Assembly (NCBI RefSeq): GCF_009914755.1
Contig: NC_060926.1
DNA length: 64,000 nt
Strand: one strand, 5' to 3'
From: the human T2T-CHM13v2.0 reference genome, Homo sapiens
Within the stretch, counting starts at the first letter, position 1. Each line of letters opens with the position of its first letter. Below, in pieces: positions 26,460 to 40,382 of this stretch. The notes beneath the pieces were generated by a model, which was not told the DNA's origin, did no database searches, and saw only the letters and a list, made by a program, of their open reading frames with translations. The position numbers and the translations under genes are program-made.

Positions 26460-26960
26460 TTTTATCTGGAGATCATTGTAAATTATTCTGCAGTTTTAGG
26501 AAATAAATCAGAAAATATACTGTGTGCCCTTTATCCAGTTTCCCCTAAAGATAACATCTTATATGATAGTATAATAGCACTGCCAGAATATTGGCATTGA
26601 TATACTTTTACTTGTCCTCATTGTGTGTATGTGCACACATGCATGTGTATTTAGTTCCATGCAATCTTATCCCACATGTAGGGTCTGTGTATCCATCACC
26701 ACAGGGTTCCTCTTGCTGCCTTTTTATAGCCATACCTCCTTCCATCCTCTTCTCCTTAACCCCTGGCAACCAATAATCTGTTCTTCGTTTTTATAATGTT
26801 GTCATTTCAGGAATAATAGACTCGTGGTGTGCATGTCTTTTTTGCTCAGCACAATTCTCTGGAGATTTTTCCACACTGTTGGGCACATCATTATCCAATG
26901 CCCCCTTTTCTTGCTGAGTAGGACTCTATGGAGTGGATGCTCCACAGTTTATTTAATCAG
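26460..26960 (-). mobile_element. L1MC-like 3' end
   Basis: ccctttatccagtttccccta...aacccctggcaaccaataatctgttc...ttgctgagtaggactctatgg. Confidence 0.7.
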
Positions 26961-28379
26961 TCACCGACCACACAGAGTGAGGCTGGAGAGAATGGCAGAT
27001 GAGAGAGGGGAGGGGTCGGGACAGGGAAAGAAAACCCTCTCAGAGATGTCTCACGATATCTGCAGTAAAACCTATACTCTCAAACAAAAACTTTCTTGGT
27101 GGACTCTTTTCTTCTTCTGGGAAAAGAGGCAACATAAATGGACGCAGATCACCTGCCACATACACATGTGCATACTGATATGTCCCCTCGTGTGCTCATG
27201 TGTACACATTTTTGCACATGCATACACACACACACACACAGACATGCCTGTGAAGAGGCCAACCCCAGTGTGCAGCAGCTGTGAGGGGGCTCTGCCCCTC
27301 CTCTCCTAGAATGGAACATACGTTCTTGTGAACATAGAGAGTGGCATTTTCTTATGTCGATGTAATGTGAACAACTCCTGGTCACCAGCCCCCTTGACCA
27401 CTGATGCCTCTTCATGGGTCGGTGAGTGAGGGAGACACAGCCATTTATTCCTGGCATCTTGAATTAAACTTGAAATTACTGCCCACTAGAAATAAGGCCT
27501 GGGGCATAGAGTCTTATTATTAAAATCTTTTGTGGAAAGTCACAGGGCTCCAATCACCCCAAAAACATTGTGTCTATGGGAAAATGCACCTTGAGTTCCA
27601 TCTTACAAATGGATTTGTAACAGTTTAGGTTTCATGTAAGCTGTTCACAGTATCCTAGTGATACATGTTTATGGTAAAAAATCTTGGAGGGTAAAGAACA
27701 AACACTGCCCATAATTTTTTACTGTATACACTTTTTTTTCTTATAAAAATGTTACTCTATTGCACATAGTGTTTTGAATCATGCCAATTTTTATTTGGCA
27801 ATTATATAAAGGCAGAACTTTAAATATCACCCCCAACATTCTGTGCCTATGCCTCAGAGCCTATGCTTAAAAAGAGCAATCATATTCATGACTACGTATT
27901 TAATGCAACATTAGAAAACTAATGCAGTCATAACCCACAAGCGTTTTCCATGCCAATGACCTTTTTGCCATCTGGTTTAGTGACTGCAGAGTATCCCATT
28001 ACATGGTTGTCTCACACCTTGGCAAGCATCCCTTAAGGATGGACACTAAATCATCATGGGGTTTAATACTCTCATCCACAGAAGGGACTCCCAAGCCAGT
28101 CCTCACATATCTTGCTCTCATTACTAGGGCAGAGTGTTCTAAGAATTTTCCTCTTATGGGCCACCACCAGAGCAGACCAGACTCACTGTTTCCATGCCTG
28201 CTGGCTCTTGCTGCCACCATGCCCTGATTTCAAATAACCACTCCATCCATGAGCTAACTGACCTTAGAAAGATATACTTTTAAAATGCATATCCTCCCAA
28301 TTTTCAATTAAGGCCAAAAGGAGTAGTAGAGACCAAATATATCCTCTTTCATAAAACAAACAAAAAATGGCAAAAATAT

Positions 28380-29680
28380 GTGAATCTACGAAAAGATACT
28401 AGAACTCTTAAGTGAATTTAGAAAGGATACAAGCTGTTATATCAATATTTAAAAAGTCAATTTCATTTATATGATTAACAATGAACAATCAGAAAGTGAA
28501 ATAGAGAGTGTCATTTATAATAGTATCAGAAATATAAAATACTTAGAATAAACCTGACAAAGGATGGGGAAGACCTGTATACTGAAAACTACAAAGTATT
28601 CCTGAGAGGAATTAAATAAAACTTAAATAACATACCACATTCATGTGTTCAGTCTGAATTACAATGTCTAAAGTTAAACATACTGACCACACCAAGTGTT
28701 GGTGTGGATGTGGAGGAACTGGAACTCTTATATGTTGCTGGTAAGAATGCAACATGGTACCTCCACTTTGGAGAACAGATAGGCAGTTTCTTAAAAGTTA
28801 AACATACATTTACTATATTACTCAGCCATTCCACTCCTAAGTATTTACTCAAGAGAAATGAAAGCATTTGTCCACACAAACATTCTTACATGATTGTTAA
28901 TAACAGCTTTATTTTCAATCACTTGAAACTGAAAATGATCCAAAGGTATAGCAACAGATAAATGGACTGTGGCATATCCATATAATGGAGTACTATCAAG
29001 CAATAAGAAGAAACAGACAGCTGGGCAGTGGCTCACATCTGTAATACCAGCACTTCGGGAGGTTGAGGCAGATCACTTGAGCTCAGGAGTTTGAGACCAG
29101 TCTGGGCAACATGGTGAAACCCCATCTCTACTAAAAATACAAAAAATTACCCAGGTGTGGTGGCGCACACTTGTAATCCCAGCTACTGGGAAGGCTGAGG
29201 CAGGAAAATTGCTTGAACCCAGGAGGTGGAGGTTTCAGTGAGCCGAGATCACGCCACTGCTCTCCAGCCCGGGCAGGCGACAGAGAGAGACTGTGTCTCA
29301 AAAAAAAAAAAAAAAAAAAAAAAAAGAAAGAAAGAAAGAAAAGAAAAGAAAAGAAAAGAAAATTAGCAGGGTGTGGAGGTGCACACCTGTAGTCCCAGCT
29401 ACTCAGGAGGCCAAGGTGGGAGGATTACTTGAGCACAGGAGGTCAAGGCTGCAATGAGTTGTGATTACATTGCTGCACTCCAGCTTGGGTGACAGAGTGA
29501 GACTCTGTCTAAAAAAGAAAGAAAAGAAAGACTATTGATACGTGCAAGGATATGGATGAATCTGAGAACAATTTTGCTGAGCGAAAGAAAGCAGAGGAAA
29601 AAACATACAAGCAGCATGATTTCATTTACATAAAATTTTTAAAAATGCAAACTAACCTATAGTGACAAAAAGCAGAACAA
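28380..29680 (+). mobile_element. L1ME-like ORF2/3' fragments, interrupted by a composite Alu
   Basis: ORF 28704-28961 (DVEELELLYVAGKNATWYLHFGEQ...) is degenerate L1 ORF2 C-terminus. Confidence 0.75.
29019..29530 (+). mobile_element. Composite trimeric Alu: left arm, S-type right arm, J-type right arm
   Basis: Dimer 29019-29299, A/(GAAAA)n linker, then a second right monomer ~29360-29510 with J-type ggtgggaggattacttgagcacaggaggtcaaggctgc. Confidence 0.88.
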
Positions 29681-30307
29681 TGGGAATTTATAATGTTAAA
29701 CACATATGTTTATTAGAAAAAAAAAGATCTACAGTCAATCATTCAGGTTTCCATCTTAGGAAACTAAAGAAAGAGGCCTAATTTAATTTAAGCCTGAAGC
29801 AAGGAAAATAAGATAAGTAATTAAAAATTAGAACAGAAATTAATAAAATTGTAAACAGGAAAACAGTAGAGAAAAATCATAAAACAAAAGCTGGTTCTTG
29901 GAAAAGATCAATAAAATTGATAAACATTTAGTCAGGCCAATGAAGAGAGAAAAGACACAAATTATTAACATTAGAAACAAAAGAGAGGTCATCACAACTG
30001 ATCCCATAGACATTAAAAGGTTAATTAAGTAATACAACAAACAACTTTATGCTCATAAATATAATTAAGGTGAAGTGCAACAATTCCTTGAAAGACACAA
30101 ACTATTAAAACCCCCCAAAGAGAGTAGTCTTATATTCGAAGAGATTGAATAATTTAAAACCTTCCAGAAAAGAGAGCACTAGGCTCAGATAGTTTCACTG
30201 GTACTTTCAACAGAATACTTAAAGAGGAAATAATAACAATTCTCCACAATATCTTCCAAAAAATAGAGGCAGAGGCATTGCTTCCAAACTCATTTTATGA
30301 GGCCAGT

Positions 30308-30694
30308 TATCTTAGTCTGTTTAGGCTGCTGTAACAGAACACCACACAAACTGGGTGGCTCATAAACAATAGAAATTTATTTTTCACAATTCTGAAGGTT
30401 GGGAAGTCCATGAGCAAGGCACTGGCAGATTTGGTATCCAGTGAGGGCCTGCTCTCTGCTTCATAAATGGTTCCTTCTAGCTGTGTCCTCACATGGTGGA
30501 GGGGATGAGGAGTCTCCCTTAGGCCTCTACTATAAGGGCATTTAGGTCTCTTCTACAAGGGATCACCCATTCATGAGGGCTCCGCCCTCATGATCTAATT
30601 ACTTCCCAAAGGCCCCACTTCTTAATACAATCACCTTGGAAGTTAGAATTCCAACATATGAATTTGGGGGAACACAAACATTCAGACCATAGCA
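30308..30694 (-). mobile_element. MLT1A0 MaLR solo LTR nested in L1 ORF2
   Basis: tatcttagtctgtttaggctgctgtaacag...gaacacaaacattcagaccatagca; L1 sequence (ttttatgaggccag | attaccctaacaccaaaacc) is continuous across it. Confidence 0.9.
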
Positions 30695-33600
30695 CAGTAT
30701 ATTACCCTAACACCAAAACCTGCTAATGACATTTTAAGAAAGGAAAAACTACAGACCAATATCTCTCATAATCATAGATACAAAAAAATCTTTGAAAAAA
30801 TTATTGAATCATATTCAGTAATATTATATAACATAACCAAGTGGGATTCATTCCAGGTATACAAAGCTGGTTTGACATTCAAAAATCAACGTAATTTACC
30901 ATATCAATGGGCTAAAGAAGATAAATCACATGACTATATCAACTGCTAGAGAAAGTATTTGAAAAAAATCAATACCTATCTACAATAAAATCTCTCGGCA
31001 AACTAGAAACAGAGGGTATTTCTTCAACTTGATAAAGAACATGCACAAAAAGCCTGCACTAAACGTCATACTTATTGGTGAGAGGCTGGGCATTTTCCCC
31101 CTAAAATCAAGAATAAGGCAAGGATGTCCTCTCTCACCACTCCTATCGAACATCATACTGGAAGTCCCAGCTACAGCAATAAGAAAAAGAATTAAAAGAA
31201 AGATATACAGACTGGACAAAAAGAAACAAAAATGGTCTTTATTAGTAGATACACTGTCTATGTAGGAAATGCCAAATAATCTGTGCACACAAAAAAAGGT
31301 GAAAACCTCATTGGAAAAGGTGAGTATAACAAGGACACAGCATACAAAGAAAATATACCAAAGTCAATTGCTTTCCCATATACAATGAACAATTAGAATT
31401 TGAAATGAAATTTACATTACCATTTACAATAGCATCCCCCCAAATCAGTATTTAGTTACAAATTTGACACAATCTATGGAAACTGTAGGCAAAAAGCTAG
31501 AAAATACTGGCAAAATAAAATAATCTAAATAAATGGCAAGATAGTCCCTGCTTATCTGTTGGAAGACTTGGTATTGTTAAGATGTGAAGTATTTATAACT
31601 TGATCAGAGCAGTCCAATTCAAAATCCCAGCAGGTTATTTTTTAGATATTGATAAACTGATTCTAAAATTAATATAAACAAGCAGAAGGCCTAGAATAGC
31701 TAACACAATACTAAAGAAGATCAAAGTTGGAGTACTCAGAGTCCTTCATTTCAAGAATTACTATAAAGCTATAATAATCAAGATGGTGTGGTACTGGCAA
31801 AAAAAGGACACATAAATCAACAAATGGAGATGCCAGAAATAGACCCCCCCACACAATATAATAACCTGACTTTTGACAGAGGCGCAAAGGCAACTCAATG
31901 GAGCAAGTGAAGTCTTTTCACCAAGTGGTGGTGGAACAATTGGATGTTCATAGGCTAAATGAATCTGGACACAGAACTTGCAACTTACACAAAAAATAAC
32001 TCTAAATGGATCATAAACCTAAATTTAAAATGCAAATTTATAAAACTTTTAGAAGAAAACATAAGAAAAAAATTTATGTGACCTTGGGTTTGGTGAGGAA
32101 TTTTTAGATACACGACCAAAAGCATGAACCATGAAAGAAAAAAAAATAGAGAAGTTGGACTTTATTAAAATTAAAAACTTCTGCTCTACGAACGATTCTG
32201 TTAAGATAATGAAAACACAAGCTGCAGACTGAAAAGAAATATTTGCAAAACATGAACCTGATAAGAAACTTGTATCCAAAATATTTTAAGAAATCTTAAA
32301 AGTCAACAAAAAGACCATAAGTAATCCAATTGAAAAAATGAATAAATCTGAACAGACACCTCCAAATCACCACCAAAGATGATATTTGTGTGTGTGTATA
32401 CATATGACATATACATATGTACATATATGTATATATATATATCTTACAAATGGGAAATAAGCATGTGAAACATCATCTGTCATTAAAGAAATGCAAATGA
32501 ATACAACAATGAGCTTTCACCACACACCTATTAGAATGGCTAGTATACAAAAAACCAACAATACCAATTGCTATGAGAATTTAGAAGAATAAGAACCCAC
32601 ATGCGTTTCTGGTGGGAAGGCAAAATAGTACAGCTACTTTAAAAGATGTTTGGAAGTTTCTTAAAAAGTTAAATATTATTTTACTGTATGAACCAGCAAG
32701 CATACTCCTAGATGTTTACCCAACTGATTGAAAACTACGTCCACAAAATACCTGCATGCAAATGTGTGTAGCAACGTTATTCATAACCACCAATATCTGG
32801 AAAACCAGGATGTCTTTCAGTAGGTGAATAGATTAATAAACTGTAGTACATGCATATAAAGGAATACTATTCAGAGATATAAATAAATGAACTATCAGGC
32901 TATGTAAAAACATAGATAAAACTTAAATGGATATTGTTTACTGAAAAAAGCTTATCCATTTATATTATGTTCTAGAAAAGGTAGAATTATCGAGATGGTA
33001 AACGGATCAGTGGTTTCCAGGGGCCTGTAGAGATGGAAGAGTAGAGTAGGCAAAGCACAAGAGATTTTTTTTTAGAATGGTAAAATTATTGTGTATGATA
33101 CTGTGGTGGTGAATACATAACACTGCATTTTTCAAAACCCATGGAATTTTACATCACAAAGAGTGAACCTTAACATATGCAAATTAAAAAAATAATTAAA
33201 GATGTTGGGGGATTCCAAGATGGGATGCTGAGTATGACAGAAGACTAACTGTATTACAAATGTATAAAATAATTCCACTGAAGGGGTGGGAGGAAAGCGT
33301 GCTGACCAAGTGGCATTGGAAGTGAGTGGAGACTGTAAGACTAAAAACATAAGGAACTGTCCACAACCCTGTATTCTAGTAGATAAAGCTCTTTCCCAAA
33401 AGGATATAAATTCTGAAGCCACTAGTCACACACTCTGAAATGTGAAGTCACTGGATGGAGGATGGTGGGAGCCAGGTTTCTCTTTGTTGGAGGGGAGGCT
33501 ACCAACAAGCAAGCAGGAAAGGTTGCAGTGATTCATATGGCAGTGGTTAGTGTTGGGGACATCAACGTGGAATCGAGTTCAGCTCAAAATAGATGCAGAC

Positions 33601-33737
33601 GGATATGTACAATACACTTACAGATATGGGTTGGTATATATTTCCTTGTTCTGTCTCCTGACAGGGCCTGAATAAGTGTCATCCCAGTAGCAATGAGCAC
33701 ACCTACTGTTTACGTCTTAGTTTTTGATGCTGTTCTT

Positions 33738-35442
<1,705 letters not shown>

Positions 35443-36474
35443 CTGTTCTTAATACCATTTAATAAAAGGAAGTAAGCCTTCCTGGAGAAATGGCTGATTC
35501 TAGGACAGGCGGGGAATGTACAAAATGAGCCTGGAGGAGCATTTTACAGGGCCAGAAAGTAAGAACGTGTTCAGAAGAACAAACAATAACACACAGGTCA
35601 AGGAGACACAGTGACCACTTGAAAAAGCTTTCAATGGCCTAAGCTGGAACAATTTGAGCAATAAAGTAGTATTGGATTATAAATAACCCAAGTATAAAAT
35701 AAATATGCATGATTCCATACTGATTTACATTTATATATTTATTTAATCACATACATATGAATAAGTAAATGGCAGAGAATAGGCACATCTCCAGAGTGGT
35801 GGAATTTCAGGTAATTTATGTAATAGTGCACCCCCAAGGAGGTGGAGCATAATTCTCCCCTCCTTAAATATGGGCTGCACACAGTGACTTCCTTTCAAAG
35901 TGTACAGTGTGGAAAGGGGGCAGGGGAGAAACTTCACAGTGGAGACGTCCAACAAACACTGCCTCAGCCAGATGATCATGGTCAACATCACGAGTGACGT
36001 CATGTTGATAGGATGTGCTCCTGATAGAATGTGATGAAAGTAGCACTTTACTTCTGTGGTCTTCTCCCAATAATCATAGGAGAAAACACCAGGCAAATCC
36101 CAATGTTGGGACATTCTACGAAATACCTGACTAGTGTTCCTCAAAACTGTCAAGGTCATCAAAAACAAGGAAAGTCTAAGAAATTGTCACAGCCAAGAGA
36201 AGCCTAAGGAGATGGGACAACTCAGTGTAACATGGTGTTCTATGGTGGAAGGACAGCTGGGTCAACTAAGGATATCTGAATGAAGGGTGACTTTAGTTAA
36301 TATGCATCAACATTGGCCATTAATTGTGACAAAGGTACCTCATTAATGTAAGATAGTAACAATGAGAGAAACTGGGTGTGATATCTAGGGAAACTCTCTG
36401 GACTATTCTCAACTTTTCTGGAAATTTAAAACTATTCTAAAATAAAAAGTTTATTTTTTTAAAAAGGAAGGCAA

Positions 36475-36572
36475 TCCCCTTTCTCTCTCCTCCCTCTTTC
36501 TCCTTTCCCTCTCTTTCCTCATTTCTCCCTTTTCCTTCCTCCTCTTCCTCCTGCCCCCTCCTCTTTTCCTTT
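36475..36572. repeat. CT-rich polypyrimidine tract
   Basis: About 100 bp almost entirely C/T. Confidence 0.8.
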
Positions 36573-36586
36573 AACAATAACAATAA

Positions 36587-36954
36587 TGTGTAGTCCATTC
36601 TCACACTGTGATAAAGAACTACCTGCAACTGGGTAATTTATGAAGGAAAGAGGTTTAATTGACGTGCAGTTCCACAGGCTTTACAGGATGCATGGCTGGG
36701 AGGTCTCAGGAAACTTGCAATCATGGCGGAAGGTGAAGGGGAAGCTAACACATCTTCACGCCGGAGAGAGAGAGAGATAAGGGGGAAGTGCTACACACTT
36801 TCAAACAGCCAGATCTCGTGAACTCTATCAAGAGCACAGCAAGGCGGAAGTCCACCCCCGTGATTCACTTACCTCCCACTAGGCCCCTCCTCCAACACTG
36901 GGAATTGTAATTCAACATGAGATTTGAGGGGGGACACAGAGCCAAACCACATCA
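36587..36954 (-). mobile_element. MSTA-like MaLR solo LTR
   Basis: tgtgtagtccattctcacactg...ggaagtgctacacactttcaaacagccagatctcgtg...ccaaaccacatca. Confidence 0.9.
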
Positions 36955-37369
36955 AATGGCATCACACATGTGACCAGTACGTTGTCGTTTCCAGCTCTCT
37001 TCCCTTGCATTATTCTGCAGGAGCCCTTGCCACAGTGCAGTGCTGGATGTGGTATTCTTGAATTCACAGTTGGGCCAGGGAGGTGAAATGACCCACCTAG
37101 GAGGTAGCAGAGGTGCTAGCAGCACTCCCAAGACTCATAGTGAATTCTCCTGGGCCTGTCCGTCACCCTGTTATGCCACTTTTCATTTCCCTCTGATCAC
37201 AAATGACTCAGCACACAGTGTAAGTGCTACAATTTTACTCCAGAATTTGACTTGTATTGTCCTACAGACTGCAGGTACCCTCTTGTTGCTCCTTTCCCTT
37301 GAAAAAAAATACATCATCTCAAAAGAACGCAACCAGGAGCTGGCAATGGCACTGGAATCCCTTCCTGGT

Positions 37370-37510
37370 CACAGAATTGATGCTCATCTGCCCAGTGCAT
37401 GGCACTTTTACAAGAAATCTTATTTGGTCAACCCCCCAAATATCACAGAAGGACATTATTATTATCTCCAGTCTGCAGTTGAGAATGCTGAGGCTAGAAA
37501 GTGGTTACCA
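37370..37510 (-). mobile_element. MIR fragment
   Basis: attattattatctccagtctgcagttgagaatgctgaggctagaaagtggtta. Confidence 0.55.
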
Positions 37511-39934
37511 CTAAAAGCAAACCTTTTCTCTCTTTCCCATTGCCTATCCACCCTGACTCTGGGCTCTGACCCATACCCACCTGCTCAAGGTCCCAGGTAG
37601 GAGTTGCCCATTCCTTTAAGTATGAGTTCATTCATACACATCACCATGTGAGGCTTGATGTGACCTCAGTAACAAGCAGGTCTCATCTGCCCTGTGCATG
37701 TGAATGTGCCTTAGGAAGCTTATCAAATCCCAAAGGAGAAATTACATCCTCTAGGAAAAGTACAGTGAGGTGACTGTCCCGTTTCCTTTACTGGCTCTGG
37801 ACCACAGCTGAGTTCCCACGCACGCACTGTGGCACACGAGAGTGTGGGCAGAGGCACTTCTGCTGAGTGGGATGAAACATCTTAAGTGCTCTGAGGGTTG
37901 AAACTTTGAAGAGGTTGAGATCTGTGAGAGCTGAAGAACCTTTGAATCTCCCTTCAGCTCTCCCTACCCCAACCACAGCCCTTCTCTTGATGTAAAACAT
38001 GTGTTCAGATAGAAAACAAATGAGGCTTACTTCTATGCCAGTAGGACTGTTTGGCTTTAAGCTTCCCCAGTGGTTGAAAACAGCAATCTCCGAGATTTGC
38101 CCAAAACTTTAAATGGAAGTCACTCCCATGGGTCACATCCATGGATTTGTGAGATAGGGCAGGAGGCTGTGTCTCTGCTACCCAGCGGTGGGAGCAGGGG
38201 TCTGTGCAGCCTGATTGTATTGGGGATGGGCCCCTCGTCCAGTTGCCTATGAGGATAACCTGTGGAGAAGATCAGATGGAGATACCTGGACTTATGCAGA
38301 GGCGTGTTCGGGTTAAATAGAAATGCCCAGGGTCCAATAGAGGGAACCTTCCAACAAGTGTATGAGTTGGCCTCTCACCCGACGCTGGCCACCCAGATGA
38401 CAGCTTCTTGGACATGATGAATGGCCTCACTTCCACCAGAACATCTTCCTGCCAGGCCCTGCTGCTGCTTCCCCAGCTGTGTGGCCTTGGATGAGTAACA
38501 TGGCCTCTTATTAAAGAAATGGATGAAATACTTTCTAAAGAATCTTCCAACTCTGAAGATCTGTGACATCTTGTCACTGAATTAATAGGAAATCAGCTCC
38601 TTATAGATTTGGTCTATGTTAGGAGACAACCTCTGTTGATGGGCTGACCGAATGTCTGAAGTGGGAAGGATTTGGGGACCAAAACAGGTAACAAGAGTAG
38701 ACGAACACAAGAAATTCAGGTTGAATTAACCTTCAACAGATATTTATTGAGTAACTTCTACATGTAAGTCACCAAAATCTGGGAAGGGGAAATGGATAAA
38801 AGTACGATTCTCTCTCTGGAAAGCCTATAGTCTAATTAATTGATGTATTAAGTAATGCTGGGTGGAGGAACAATAACCCAGGACTTGTATAAACAATAGG
38901 AAACTCTGGGGGAAGAGCAAGGCTAGAAGAGACATTATCTGGGAGGCAATTCTAGAGCAGGTAGATTTCAGGAACAGGACAATCAAAGAAAAGGAGAGTG
39001 GCATTCACACATCAAGTCTAATAATATGGCCTTATTTTATGGTCCACCTGAGTACTGCAGAATTTAGCCCTAGGTACTACCAGGTCCAAAGCTGCTTCTT
39101 TAAGCTACACTTTAAGCTCCTGTCACTAGAAGGGGCTGTCAGGGTGCCAGGGATTTTGGTAGGTTCCGTGCGGACTTCCCTAGTCCTAGAGGACGTTGGA
39201 GTCACTGGGGTGTGAGGACATTGGAGAGACAGGAATAGAGTTCCACGCTGCGATGAGGAGATGGAGCCTGATGCAAAGCCACAGGGAGGCTGGCGTTGTT
39301 GGGGTGGGAGGAATTCCCACCCAGTGGGAGAGTTTTACATTGAGGACTACATACCTGGTCAGGGTATAAGGCAAAGTGGGCTCCCACTCCTGACATGTTC
39401 CTCTTTACCGATGTTCCTTGTGAACTTATTCCCCACCTAGGACAGCTAACACTTTAAGCTCTTGACTGTCATTTATACTTTATTCATGTGAATGAGTTTT
39501 TAGTTTTCTCTTGAAAGCAAGTTGGGATACTAGGAAAGTTGACAAGAGTTTGAGTTTCTATGTTGGTTGGGAAAGAGTGATGTCTCCACATGTAATTTGT
39601 AGAGGGTCCCATCAGTTTCCAAAAGAGGAAGTGGGTGTTTGTCTTGCTTTTGAGACATTTTGGGAGACTTAGACACAATATAATTTCTATTGAGAACAAA
39701 GTAGGGTTAGGATTTGGAGAAGGAAGACAGATATTTCCTTCTCTCTGCTAAAGAGATGGTCTGGAGTAGAAAACTTGTGGACTGTGTTTACAATTGTGGA
39801 GTACTACTCTTGGTTAAAACAATAAAGCAGAATCGATGTCTGTAGAACAGAGCTGGAAGGGGCCTCATGGTTGGTTTTCAAGGTAAACTAACCACAGACA
39901 TCAGTTTTCCACTCCTCAGCCTTTTTAGCCTCTG

Positions 39935-40382
39935 GGTTCATCTTCCAGGAAGGCCATAACAAAACTCCACAATCTGAGGATCTTAACAACTGAAATTGAT
40001 TGCCTGGAAGTTCTGGAGGATGAAAGTTCAAGGTCAGCTTGGGCAGCGTAGGTTTCTTCCGGGTGCCATGAGGGAGAATCATTCGTGCTTCTGGTGTTTG
40101 CTGGCAGCCGCTGGTGTTCCTTGGCTGGCAGAAGCACCACCCCAACCTGTCTCTGCATCTTCACAGGGCATTCTCCCTGTCCGTGTGTGTGTCTGAATTT
40201 CCCCCTTTTATAAGGACACCAGTCATGTTGGATTAGGGGCCCACCCTACTCTAGTATAATCTCATCTTAACTAATTATACCGGCAATGGTACTAGTTCCA
40301 GATAAGGTCACATCCTGAGGAACTGAAGGTTCAGACTTAAACACATGAATGTGGGGGAGGAGATGCAACTCAGCCCATAACC
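39935..40382 (-). mobile_element. MLT1C-like MaLR solo LTR
   Basis: tttttataaggacaccagtcatgttggattaggggcccaccctactctagtataatctcatcttaactaatta...aactcagcccataac. Confidence 0.85.

Noticed and set aside
27603-27620. 8-bp inverted repeat ttacaaat-gg-atttgtaa
   Set aside because: AT-rich and short enough to occur by chance in 64 kb.
37040-37600. 186-aa ORF
   Set aside because: Non-ATG start, overlaps a MIR fragment and shows no recognisable homology.
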